A stretch of DNA of 32,851 nt from a virus (taxonomy: Duplodnaviria; Caudoviricetes), in the IMG/VR virus record IMGVR_UViG_3300049042_000245, positions 1 through 32,851 of that record. One strand, written 5' to 3'. The translations under genes and the position numbers were made by a program. The notes under the pieces are model-generated. The model saw only the letters and a list, made by a program, of their open reading frames with translations. It was not told the origin of the DNA and searched no databases. Below, one piece after another: positions 7,458 to 14,499 of the stretch (position 1 is its first letter; every line of letters begins with the position of its first letter).

Positions 7458-8228
7458 ATGAGGTTTTTTCTCGGTACCCATAGGCCCCACTGGCTTTGGG
7501 CATCCGATATGCCGGATTTGTTCGTATCGCATCGAACGTTAACTACTAGACGTAGCCTGCATCCTGCAGTTACCGATTGGGCCTTGGATTCTGGGGGATT
7601 TAGCGAGCTCTCAATGTTTGGCGGCTGGAAAACCACGCAAACGGAATACATTTCCGCTACGCGAAGGTATGCAGCGGAAATTGGCCGAATGCAATGGGCA
7701 GCCCCACAGGATTGGATGTGTGAACCATGGCTATTAGCTAAAACTGGTTTAGATGTATTAGAACATCAAAAGCTAACAATAAAAAGCGTTGCAGGTCTAC
7801 GCAAAGAATGCCCAGAAATTTCATGGGTGCCGGTATTGCAGGGTTGGCGTTTAAACGATTATGCCAGGCATGTTGAAATGTATTTCGATATTGGAATTAA
7901 CTTATTAGAAGAACCAACGGTGGGCTTAGGTTCGGTTTGCAGACGACAAGCAACAAGCGAAATTAAAGAAATAGTAGAAATGTTATCATCTGCGGGCATT
8001 GCATTGCATGGGTTTGGCGTAAAAATGGCAGGAGTAAAATCCTATGGTAAATTTTTGCATTCTTGCGACTCGTTGGCATGGTCATTTGGTGCGCGTCGAC
8101 GGTCTGGGCCATGCCCTTTTTCTGAAAATAGAAAAAATTGCAGCAATTGTGCCCATTATGCTATTGCATGGCGAAACGATTTAATAACCAAAATTCAAAA
8201 GCTGCAGATTGATAACGACAGCAACTAA
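7458..8228 (+). CDS. dpdA: DpdA-like / queuine tRNA-ribosyltransferase (TGT)-like transglycosylase
   Basis: TGT-fold motifs LDSGGF, QDWMCE, PVLQG, VGLGSV, LHGFGV, SCDSLAWS; C-terminal CSNC. Confidence 0.8.
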   Translation: MRFFLGTHRPHWLWASDMPDLFVSHRTLTTRRSLHPAVTDWALDSGGFSELSMFGGWKTTQTEYISATRRYAAEIGRMQWAAPQDWMCEPWLLAKTGLDVLEHQKLTIKSVAGLRKECPEISWVPVLQGWRLNDYARHVEMYFDIGINLLEEPTVGLGSVCRRQATSEIKEIVEMLSSAGIALHGFGVKMAGVKSYGKFLHSCDSLAWSFGARRRSGPCPFSENRKNCSNCAHYAIAWRNDLITKIQKLQIDNDSN

Positions 8229-8233
8229 CAGGA
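8217..8233 (+). repeat. Direct repeat, right copy (GACAGCAACTAACAGGA)
   Basis: Matches 7186-7202; contains the dpdA stop codon and the RBS of the next gene. Confidence 0.75.
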
Positions 8234-8241
8234 GTGGAACA

Positions 8242-8733
8242 GTGCAAGAAGAAGTGCCTTGCGCCGTTGAAGGGTGCAAACGCGACGCGTACATACGCGG
8301 ATGGTGCAACATGCACTACCAACGAATCCGCAAACACGGAGACCCAGGCCCGGCCCGACCGTACGCAATGCTCGATGACAGAGGATGGAAGCCAGGCCGG
8401 AAACCCAAGCATCCGAGGGCAGGCAAAACCGACAAGGCAAGCCAACCGGACCACAAGCCCGAAACAGCGACGGTCAGGGCTGCAGTGCTAGCCGAAGCCG
8501 CGAAGATCATCACCAAAGACCGAAACAGCGCATATGGCGAACCTGAGGACAATTTCGGTCGGATTGCACGGCTGTGGGCTGGCTGGCTGCAAACCGAGAT
8601 CAGCACCGTAGACGTGGCAATGCTGCTGCTGCTTGTCAAAATCGCAAGGCTGCGGGCAACCCCCACACACATGGACAGTTGGACCGACATCGCAGGCTAC
8701 GCGGCTTGCGGTGCGGAGGTTGCTTCCCGGTGA
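8242..8733 (+). CDS. DUF6378-like protein with N-terminal Cys/His zinc finger
   Basis: CAVEGC...GWCNMHYQR; DRNSAYGEPEDNFGRIARLW...KIAR...DSWTDIAGYAACG; GTG start after AGGAG. Confidence 0.78.
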   Translation: MQEEVPCAVEGCKRDAYIRGWCNMHYQRIRKHGDPGPARPYAMLDDRGWKPGRKPKHPRAGKTDKASQPDHKPETATVRAAVLAEAAKIITKDRNSAYGEPEDNFGRIARLWAGWLQTEISTVDVAMLLLLVKIARLRATPTHMDSWTDIAGYAACGAEVASR

Positions 8734-9236
8734 CGGTGCTAGGGCTCGATGTCTCGTTACGTTGCACAGGCGTTGCAATGATGCAAGATGATGGCACCTA
8801 CTGGACTGCCGTTATTTGTCCGGCTCGCGGGAACTTGCAGGACCGATTGGGACAGCTTCGCGATGGGCTCAGGGACCTGCTAACCGATTGGCCGATGCCC
8901 GAGCTCGCAGTAATCGAGCGAGGGTTCACGGCCCCCATGAAGGGTGCAACAGCCGGACCATCGGCTACCAAACTTGGTATGGCGCAAGGTGCGTTGATGG
9001 TTGCCCTGTGGGACGTGGGCACACGGGTTGTGCTTGTGTCACCATCGACACTCAAACGGCACGCCACAGGTGTTGGCAATGCACCGAAATCCGCGGTGCT
9101 TGATGCTGCGGTTGACCGGCTGGCTTTCGAGCCCACAAAGTCAACGCTCAAACGGCTGCAAATACAGGACTTTGATCGGGCAGATGCTTTGTGGCTAGCG
9201 CATTACGGGCATGTCGGGAAGGCAGACAATGAGTGA
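8730..9236 (+). CDS. ruvC: RuvC-like Holliday junction resolvase
   Basis: VLGLDVSLRCTGVA, AVIE, PSTLKRHATGVGNAPK, DRADA; GTGA coupling. Confidence 0.85.
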   Translation: MTVLGLDVSLRCTGVAMMQDDGTYWTAVICPARGNLQDRLGQLRDGLRDLLTDWPMPELAVIERGFTAPMKGATAGPSATKLGMAQGALMVALWDVGTRVVLVSPSTLKRHATGVGNAPKSAVLDAAVDRLAFEPTKSTLKRLQIQDFDRADALWLAHYGHVGKADNE

Positions 9237-9375
9237 GATCATGAACGACCCGCTAGACCCTGCAGGGGATCAGGCGATCACGCGCGAAGCTTTGCTACGA
9301 GCCCGCGAACAAGACGAGACACAGCCCGAGCCCAGGCAACAAGTCCGGCAAATATCCGGCTTCAGAACCGCCTAG
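9229..9375 (+). CDS. Hypothetical protein, 48 aa (MSEIMNDPLDP...)
   Basis: Fills the gap between ruvC and dcd; translated by hand. Confidence 0.5.
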   Translation: MSEIMNDPLDPAGDQAITREALLRAREQDETQPEPRQQVRQISGFRTA

Positions 9376-9376
9376 C

Positions 9377-9838
9377 ATGTTCCTCGCGCGACAGCATCTA
9401 GAGGCTTTGGCACCTGTCAGTCCGACAGGCCCAGCGTTGTACAACCCTGCCTCTATCGACCTTCGATTGTCCGAGGAGATTTGGCTAGAACCCAGGCAAT
9501 TCGTCCTGGCGTCAACGCTCGAAACCGTGACCATTGATGACAGGCACATTGGCTTTGTGTGCGGCAAATCCTCTTGGGCCCGCGAAGGACTCATAGTCGA
9601 GTCTGCCGGACTCGTTGACCCAGGGTTCACGGGCACCATTGTCCTAGAGCTCTACAACCTCTGCGACGAAGGGCTATGGCTGTCCGCTGAGCTCAGGGTC
9701 GCACAGCTGTACGTGGGCAGGCTGTGCGGGATCACAGACATGCCATACGGCTCTCCCGCTGCAGGGTCCCACTACCAAGGACAGTCAGGCGTAACGCCTT
9801 CGTGGCGCACCTTGAAGGGTCATCCTTGGGCACCGTGA
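9377..9838 (+). CDS. dcd: dCTP deaminase (trimeric dUTPase superfamily)
   Basis: NPASIDLRL, FVLASTLE, GKSSWAREGL, AGLVDPGFTGTIVLELYN, YQGQSG. Confidence 0.88.
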   Translation: MFLARQHLEALAPVSPTGPALYNPASIDLRLSEEIWLEPRQFVLASTLETVTIDDRHIGFVCGKSSWAREGLIVESAGLVDPGFTGTIVLELYNLCDEGLWLSAELRVAQLYVGRLCGITDMPYGSPAAGSHYQGQSGVTPSWRTLKGHPWAP

Positions 9839-10254
9839 TCGCTAGGGCTGGGCTACACAGGTCTGCGGTTTGGTGGCCCGAAACGCCTTTAGGACACCAA
9901 CGTGATTGGCAACCGACAGAAGCTGAGGAGCGGTACCGGATGGGCAAAGCGGCATCGAGCAGGAAGGGTGCCAAAGAGGGTTACCGGCTGTGTGTTGGCG
10001 GGCCGTTCCACGGTGAACGTATCCGCAGTGAGTTCGTCGCTAAGCACGGTAGAGACAAGCGGCTTGTTGCGAGTTTGCCGGACCGTTTCCGGCTTGAGGG
10101 CTGGGCAGGCTCGTACCAACTGGCTCCGTCGTTTGCAGTGTACGTGTGGGTTGATGACGCCATGAGTCTCGCGGACCATGTGCGACTGTTGCAGGCCGAG
10201 GCAGACAAACGCGCCAAGAAAGCAGACAAAGAGGTTGACGGCAGTAGTCAGTAG
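9835..10254 (+). CDS. Hypothetical protein (start uncertain, 9835 or 9940)
   Basis: GTGA coupling with dcd; LCVGGPFHGERI motif. Confidence 0.6.
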   Translation: MIARAGLHRSAVWWPETPLGHQRDWQPTEAEERYRMGKAASSRKGAKEGYRLCVGGPFHGERIRSEFVAKHGRDKRLVASLPDRFRLEGWAGSYQLAPSFAVYVWVDDAMSLADHVRLLQAEADKRAKKADKEVDGSSQ

Positions 10255-10263
10255 TGGTAGGAT
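10235..10263 (+). promoter_or_regulatory. Motif promoter P2
   Basis: TTGACG-gcAGTAGTCagtagtgg(17)-TAGGAT. Confidence 0.7.
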
Positions 10264-10270
10264 GGTGCTT

Positions 10271-10350
10271 ACTGCGCAGGGGTTAGCCTGGGTGGGGGCA
10301 CCGGAGGACCCCTTAAATATGCGGCTTCACCTGGGCCGTTGCTGACAGCA
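10271..10350 (+). ncRNA. Candidate small structured RNA downstream of P2
   Basis: No substantial ORF. 12-bp helix 10286-10297/10325-10336 with four G-U pairs, which form on the + strand only. 3' end uncertain. Confidence 0.4.
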
Positions 10351-10372
10351 AACAAGCCGAGCAAAGCAGACC

Positions 10373-10400
10373 AATATACCTGAGTCAGACAGATAGTCAA
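10373..10400 (-). promoter_or_regulatory. Leftward sigma70-type promoter, convergent with P2
   Basis: Minus strand TTGACT (10400-10395)-16 bp-TATATT (10378-10373). Confidence 0.55.
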
Positions 10401-10444
10401 GTAGTCTGGGTAAGAAACTTCTAGGAAGAAACCCAAGAAAGTAC

Positions 10445-10480
10445 TTGACGCAAGTAGTCAGGTCATGTATAGTTACCTAC
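10445..10480 (+). promoter_or_regulatory. Motif promoter P3 (leaderless)
   Basis: TTGACG-caAGTAGTCaggtcatg-TATAGT-tacctac-ATG. Confidence 0.85.
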
Positions 10481-10741
10481 ATGACGAACACCACCTGCGC
10501 CAACATTCCCGCCGTCTCGATGGTGGAGTACCTGGGCTCCATCGAGGCGTTTCACGGGGAAGTGATCTTCCTCGGTCCCAACCGCAAGAATCCCAAGATG
10601 GTTGACATCCATCTTCCCTGGGTTGACCTGACGGACTGGGTCGGCCGGCTCTCCTGCCGGCCGGAATCCATCCGGTTCGTTCGGGAAACGACTCCCGAAG
10701 AACGGGCAGCCTTGCCCGGCTGGGCTGCCATCGGGCAGTAA
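10481..10741 (+). CDS. Hypothetical early protein, 86 aa, leaderless
   Basis: ATG 7 nt after the -10; followed by a terminator. Confidence 0.75.
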   Translation: MTNTTCANIPAVSMVEYLGSIEAFHGEVIFLGPNRKNPKMVDIHLPWVDLTDWVGRLSCRPESIRFVRETTPEERAALPGWAAIGQ

Positions 10742-10753
10742 CTGGCAGCAGAG

Positions 10754-10789
10754 AGCCCCAGCCGAAAGGCTGGGGCTTCTTTGCTTTTT
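10754..10789 (+). terminator. Intrinsic terminator T1
   Basis: AGCCCCAGCC-GAAA-GGCTGGGGCT plus TCTTTGCTTTTT. Confidence 0.85.
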
Positions 10790-10841
10790 GGGATGACTTG
10801 GCGAGCCCTTTTGGCAGCCGCAGATAAATCCTAGAAAGTAG

Positions 10842-10870
10842 TTGACAGCAGTAGTCACGCAGGGTATATT
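10842..10870 (+). promoter_or_regulatory. Motif promoter P4
   Basis: TTGACA-gcAGTAGTCacgcaggg-TATATT. Confidence 0.85.
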
Positions 10871-10913
10871 GATCTACGTAAAGCCGAACGGCACAACAAC
10901 AGGAGACAGCACA

Positions 10914-11900
10914 ATGAGCGACTACAGCACCAGCGAACTTCACGACGGAACCCTCATCGGCAAGGTTGACGAATACGGCAAGGCATGGCACGGAGCAGGT
11001 CACTTCATGGGCTGGGTGCCGTTGGAGGCAGCACGCGAACTGCTGACCGTTAACGTGGTGCTTGACACCCCCATTGTCATGAATGGTGATGCAAGCCGGT
11101 TCCGGGCAGTTGTCGATGCCGACACCGGCTACGTGTTCCAAATGACATCAGACATCTACAAGCCGCCCACCTACGCTACGGTGCTGCTCGATGAGGTAGA
11201 GCTCATCCTTGACGAGGCCAAAGGCAGCCTGCAGGTTGGCTCGGTCGTCTGCCTGGGCCACAAGGAGAAAGCGGTTGTGCAGATCCGGCCCACCGAAGGC
11301 ATCACGGTCGGAGGGGACAGAATCCTTCCGTGGCTCGCAGCTTATAGCTCGCTTGATTCGTCTTGGGCTACGGGCTACAAGGCTGTTGCAACCCGCGTTG
11401 TGTGCGACAACACGGCCGAGCTCTCCCGTCGCGAAGGTGGCACGATGTACAGCCGCAAGAACACCAAAAACAGCCGGCTGAACGTCACCAAGGCACGCGA
11501 AGCAATCGGGCTGCTGTTCAAGGGTTTTGAGGATCTGACCGAGCAGGTAGAACGGCTGCAGGCTACCGAGGTTTCCGAACGGCAGTTCGGCATGGTGCTC
11601 GACCATCTGTTCCCGATGGTCGGTGCTAACGGTCAGCCGTTGGAGCGGGCTGGCATGACCCGTCGGGACAACAACCGGCAGGCCATCCGTCACCTGTGGT
11701 CAACCGATGCCAGGGTTGCACCCTGGGCCAACACGGCTTGGGGCACCCTGCAGGCTGTCAACACCTGGCACCATCACGTAGCCACGGTCCGGGGCCAGGG
11801 CGTCAAGCGGCAGCATCGACAGGCTGCCAACTTGGTAGAGGGCAAGACGGCTTCGGTGGATGCCAGGACTCTTGAGGCTCTGTCTTTGGTGCTGGGCTGA
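10914..11900 (+). CDS. DUF932 family protein
   Basis: AWHG, SSLDSS, TRVVCDNT, TAWGTLQAVNTW motifs; AGGAG RBS before ATG 10914. Confidence 0.82.
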   Translation: MSDYSTSELHDGTLIGKVDEYGKAWHGAGHFMGWVPLEAARELLTVNVVLDTPIVMNGDASRFRAVVDADTGYVFQMTSDIYKPPTYATVLLDEVELILDEAKGSLQVGSVVCLGHKEKAVVQIRPTEGITVGGDRILPWLAAYSSLDSSWATGYKAVATRVVCDNTAELSRREGGTMYSRKNTKNSRLNVTKAREAIGLLFKGFEDLTEQVERLQATEVSERQFGMVLDHLFPMVGANGQPLERAGMTRRDNNRQAIRHLWSTDARVAPWANTAWGTLQAVNTWHHHVATVRGQGVKRQHRQAANLVEGKTASVDARTLEALSLVLG

Positions 11901-11913
11901 CGCTACCGGTTGG

Positions 11914-11945
11914 AGCCCCTGGCCTTCGGGCTGGGGGCTTCTGCT
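11914..11945 (+). terminator. Intrinsic terminator T2
   Basis: AGCCCCTGGCC-TTCG-GGCTGGGGGCT with a weak T tract. Confidence 0.75.
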
Positions 11946-11985
11946 GTTCCCGACACAAATTCCCAAAAATTCCCAAAGAAAGACA

Positions 11986-12021
11986 TTGACTCGAGTAGTC
12001 AGCCGCTGTATTGTTACCTAC
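11986..12021 (+). promoter_or_regulatory. Motif promoter P5 (leaderless)
   Basis: TTGACT-cgAGTAGTCagccgctg-TATTGT-tacctac-ATG. Confidence 0.85.
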
Positions 12022-12405
12022 ATGAACAGCGCAACCATCACCGCCACCGACGACACCTACTCCGGCCCCTGCGCTCATTGCGGCCGGGTCAACCTTTCCA
12101 CCTATATCGCCGTGCTGCACCAAGATGGCACCAAAGCCCACTACGGCACGACCTGCGCTGCCGAGGCTTTCGCTGCCGATTGGTCCGCAATGCAGGCTGA
12201 CCACCTGCTGGCACTCCTGGCAGATGACAACGATGGATGCGAGCTCCTGGCCGCTGCGATTCGCGTTCGTCCGGCCAAGCTGACCGCATCCACCCGAAAG
12301 GCCATGGCAGCGTTCGCCCGGTGCCGCCCGGACCATCCGCTCATGGCTGCAGCTTTCCAGGCTTACCGGGTCGGGCTCACCCCTACTGATCTTCGCGACT
12401 ACTGA
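12022..12405 (+). CDS. Hypothetical zinc-binding protein, leaderless
   Basis: CAHCGRVNL...HYGTTCA; ATG 7 nt after the -10. Confidence 0.75.
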   Translation: MNSATITATDDTYSGPCAHCGRVNLSTYIAVLHQDGTKAHYGTTCAAEAFAADWSAMQADHLLALLADDNDGCELLAAAIRVRPAKLTASTRKAMAAFARCRPDHPLMAAAFQAYRVGLTPTDLRDY

Positions 12406-12422
12406 GCAGGAGGTAAGACGAC

Positions 12423-12695
12423 ATGAAGCGAGACGGTGCAGGCCCCCTGCTCGATGACGGAACCCACATATCGGGCACGGACGTGGCAAGCCTTGAGGCA
12501 GCCCTGGAAGCCGTCAGAACGGCCCGAGAGCGGTTGTCCGCTATGACTGCGAGGCTTTACCGCTTAGAGGCTGTGGCAGCCTTCCTGCAGGACGAAGCAG
12601 ACAGGTCCGAAGCCGATGCCAAGGCGAGCAGGAGTAGGGCAGCACAGAGGGCAGCACAGACCCGTAAAGACCGGTCATGGTGGGTGCTGCAATGA
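12423..12695 (+). CDS. Hypothetical coiled-coil protein
   Basis: AGGAGG RBS; Ala/Glu/Arg-rich heptads. Confidence 0.75.
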   Translation: MKRDGAGPLLDDGTHISGTDVASLEAALEAVRTARERLSAMTARLYRLEAVAAFLQDEADRSEADAKASRSRAAQRAAQTRKDRSWWVLQ

Positions 12696-13105
12696 GTCGA
12701 TATCCGTGGCTTACACCTAAGCGCAAGGTGCCGACCCTTGCCGAGGCTGTCGACAACGGAACAAGGATTGTGCTGCATCCTGAGATGGTGTCCGATGCGC
12801 TAATGATTCGCAGGGTTGGGATCGAGGCATGGGTAACGGTCCGTTACCGAGCTCGCCTGTTGAATCGCGACCTGTGGAACGACCGACAGCAGGGGCACCC
12901 GTTGTACCGGCCTACAGCCGCTCAGAGGACATCTAGCCAGGCTCAGCTACGGAAGCGTGGCAAAGATGCTGTGAGGCTCTGTAAAGGCTGTGAGGACGGG
13001 TTCCTGCTGTCTTTGGTGCCAGAGGATGACCGGCAGGCTGTGTTGGCGTTGGTTGACGATCTAACCGCCAAGATGATTCCCGAAGAAACCCAAGAAAGTA
13101 CTTGA
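12692..13105 (+). CDS. Hypothetical protein
   Basis: ATGA coupling; stop codon lies in the -35 of P6. Confidence 0.65.
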   Translation: MSRYPWLTPKRKVPTLAEAVDNGTRIVLHPEMVSDALMIRRVGIEAWVTVRYRARLLNRDLWNDRQQGHPLYRPTAAQRTSSQAQLRKRGKDAVRLCKGCEDGFLLSLVPEDDRQAVLALVDDLTAKMIPEETQEST

Positions 13106-13130
13106 CCCAAGTAGTCGTTACCTGTATAGT
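13102..13130 (+). promoter_or_regulatory. Motif promoter P6
   Basis: TTGACC-caAGTAGTCgttacctg-TATAGT; 13082-13116 is 34/35 identical to 10425-10459. Confidence 0.85.
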
Positions 13131-13184
13131 GGTCTTTGTCGGCAGGGGAAAGTCCCCCAAGCCACAAAATCGGGAGGTTCCCAA

Positions 13185-13337
13185 ATGAACGACGGTTTCG
13201 ATTTCGACAAGGCCCGGAGCGAATGGGTCGCCAAAGGTCGGCCCGCAGATCCGGCCGATCCCTATTGGGCCGATCTCCTGGCCCGGCTGGCCGAGCCTCG
13301 CAAGCCTGCGGAGCCCCTGGCCATCTTGGTGGGGTGA
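13185..13337 (+). CDS. Hypothetical protein, 50 aa (MNDGFDFDKARSEWVAKGRP...)
   Basis: GGGAGGT RBS; lies between P6 and T3; translated by hand. Confidence 0.7.
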   Translation: MNDGFDFDKARSEWVAKGRPADPADPYWADLLARLAEPRKPAEPLAILVG

Positions 13338-13357
13338 ATCCCTCAAAGAAAGTATAA

Positions 13358-13392
13358 GGCCCCAGCCTCAAAGGCTGGGGTTGTTTGCTTTT
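13358..13392 (+). terminator. Intrinsic terminator T3
   Basis: GGCCCCAGCCT-CAA-AGGCTGGGGTT plus GTTTGCTTTT. Confidence 0.8.
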
Positions 13393-13427
13393 GCGGTTAA
13401 CCTCTTGGCTTGTGGGAGGTGAGCCAT

Positions 13428-13733
13428 ATGCCTTGGCAGACAAACGAGCAGATGCGAGCAGAAGCCACTAGAGGGCTCGCATGGAGACAGGAGCACGGCA
13501 GGGGAGGCACCCCAGTCGGATGGGCCAGAGCTCGGGACATCGCATCAGGCCGGACTCTGAGCGACGAAACCGTTTCTAGGATGCTGTCCTATTTCGCTCG
13601 TCACGAAGTCGACAAGCAAGGGCAGGGTTGGGCCCCTGGTCAGCCCGGCTATCCGTCCGCGGGTCGTATTGCCTGGGCTCTTTGGGGAGGAGATGCCGGC
13701 TGGGCTTGGGCCAAAAGGATCTGGTCAAACTAG
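13428..13733 (+). CDS. Conserved uncharacterised phage domain (GRGGT.VG.ARARDI...SYFARHEVDK...IAWALWGGDAG)
   Basis: GGGAGGT RBS; motif I recall from phage head-gene fusions (unverified). Confidence 0.75.
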   Translation: MPWQTNEQMRAEATRGLAWRQEHGRGGTPVGWARARDIASGRTLSDETVSRMLSYFARHEVDKQGQGWAPGQPGYPSAGRIAWALWGGDAGWAWAKRIWSN

Positions 13734-13742
13734 ACAAGTAGG

Positions 13743-13777
13743 TTGACACCAGTAGTCAGTCATGTACAATGACCTAC
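13743..13777 (+). promoter_or_regulatory. Motif promoter P7 (leaderless)
   Basis: TTGACA-ccAGTAGTCagtcatg(16)-TACAAT-gacctac-ATG. Confidence 0.85.
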
Positions 13778-14134
13778 ATGACGCACGAACTGCACACCAT
13801 TCGCACCACGAAGAAGAACCGGGCAAACGCCCGGGATGCAAAGACCTTTGTTGCCAAAATGGCAGGTAACCCGTCGACCATCAGGCGCAAGATTGGCGCA
13901 GACGAAGCGACGGCGATGCTTGAACTGTTGAACGATCACCCCGAGGCCATCCGCGTGCGCGTGTACTCGTTCGCGGGGTTCGTGCCGAACAGCTACGGGC
14001 ACCCGTGCCCCATTCAATGGATCGAAGCGGACCGCACGGAAACCGGTTGGCTTGTTGGCATGGGGTCAGGCGATGCCAAGCGTTCGCGGGGCAATGGTCC
14101 CCTGGCAACCGTCAACGGCAGGGCTGTCCGTTAA
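13778..14134 (+). CDS. Hypothetical basic protein, leaderless
   Basis: ATG 7 nt after the -10; GFVPNSYG motif. Confidence 0.75.
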   Translation: MTHELHTIRTTKKNRANARDAKTFVAKMAGNPSTIRRKIGADEATAMLELLNDHPEAIRVRVYSFAGFVPNSYGHPCPIQWIEADRTETGWLVGMGSGDAKRSRGNGPLATVNGRAVR

Positions 14135-14162
14135 GGGCAGTCAAAGAATCTGAAATAAGTAG

Positions 14163-14197
14163 TTGACACCAGTAGTCAGTCATGTATAATGACCTAC
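14163..14197 (+). promoter_or_regulatory. Motif promoter P8 (leaderless)
   Basis: Perfect TTGACA-16-TATAAT-gacctac-ATG; 14162-14201 is 39/40 identical to 13742-13781. Confidence 0.9.
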
Positions 14198-14485
14198 ATG
14201 AGCTTGACCAACACCACCGCAGCCCGGACCGCAGAAATCATCTCTGACGAGGAGATGGCCGAACTGCTGAACAGCCAGACCGCATTCACGATCCATCGCA
14301 AGCACTACACGGTGCGCCACGCTGCCCGCACCTGGGTCCACGGTGGCAGCTTCTGGTTCTACACCTACTGCGACCGGTCCGGCTACACCAAAGAAGATGC
14401 CCTCTCTCTGACGGGCATCTGGGTTCACAACACGGTCATCGACTTCTACAGCATCGGCCGAGTGGTGTGCCTTCGCAAGTCCTGA
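14198..14485 (+). CDS. Hypothetical protein, leaderless
   Basis: ATG 7 nt after the -10; followed by T4. Confidence 0.75.
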   Translation: MSLTNTTAARTAEIISDEEMAELLNSQTAFTIHRKHYTVRHAARTWVHGGSFWFYTYCDRSGYTKEDALSLTGIWVHNTVIDFYSIGRVVCLRKS

Positions 14486-14499
14486 CATGAAAGCAGAGA

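Noticed and set aside
10276-10342. tRNA gene
   Set aside because: Partial acceptor-like pairing and a TAGCC..GG segment are present, but there is no proper anticodon arm, TTCRA T-arm or CCA. Kept only as a candidate ncRNA.
10842-10913. Longer ORF-track starts at 10445, 10842, 11860, 13769 and 14189
   Set aside because: These extensions run through the promoter elements. Downstream ATGs have an RBS or leaderless geometry.
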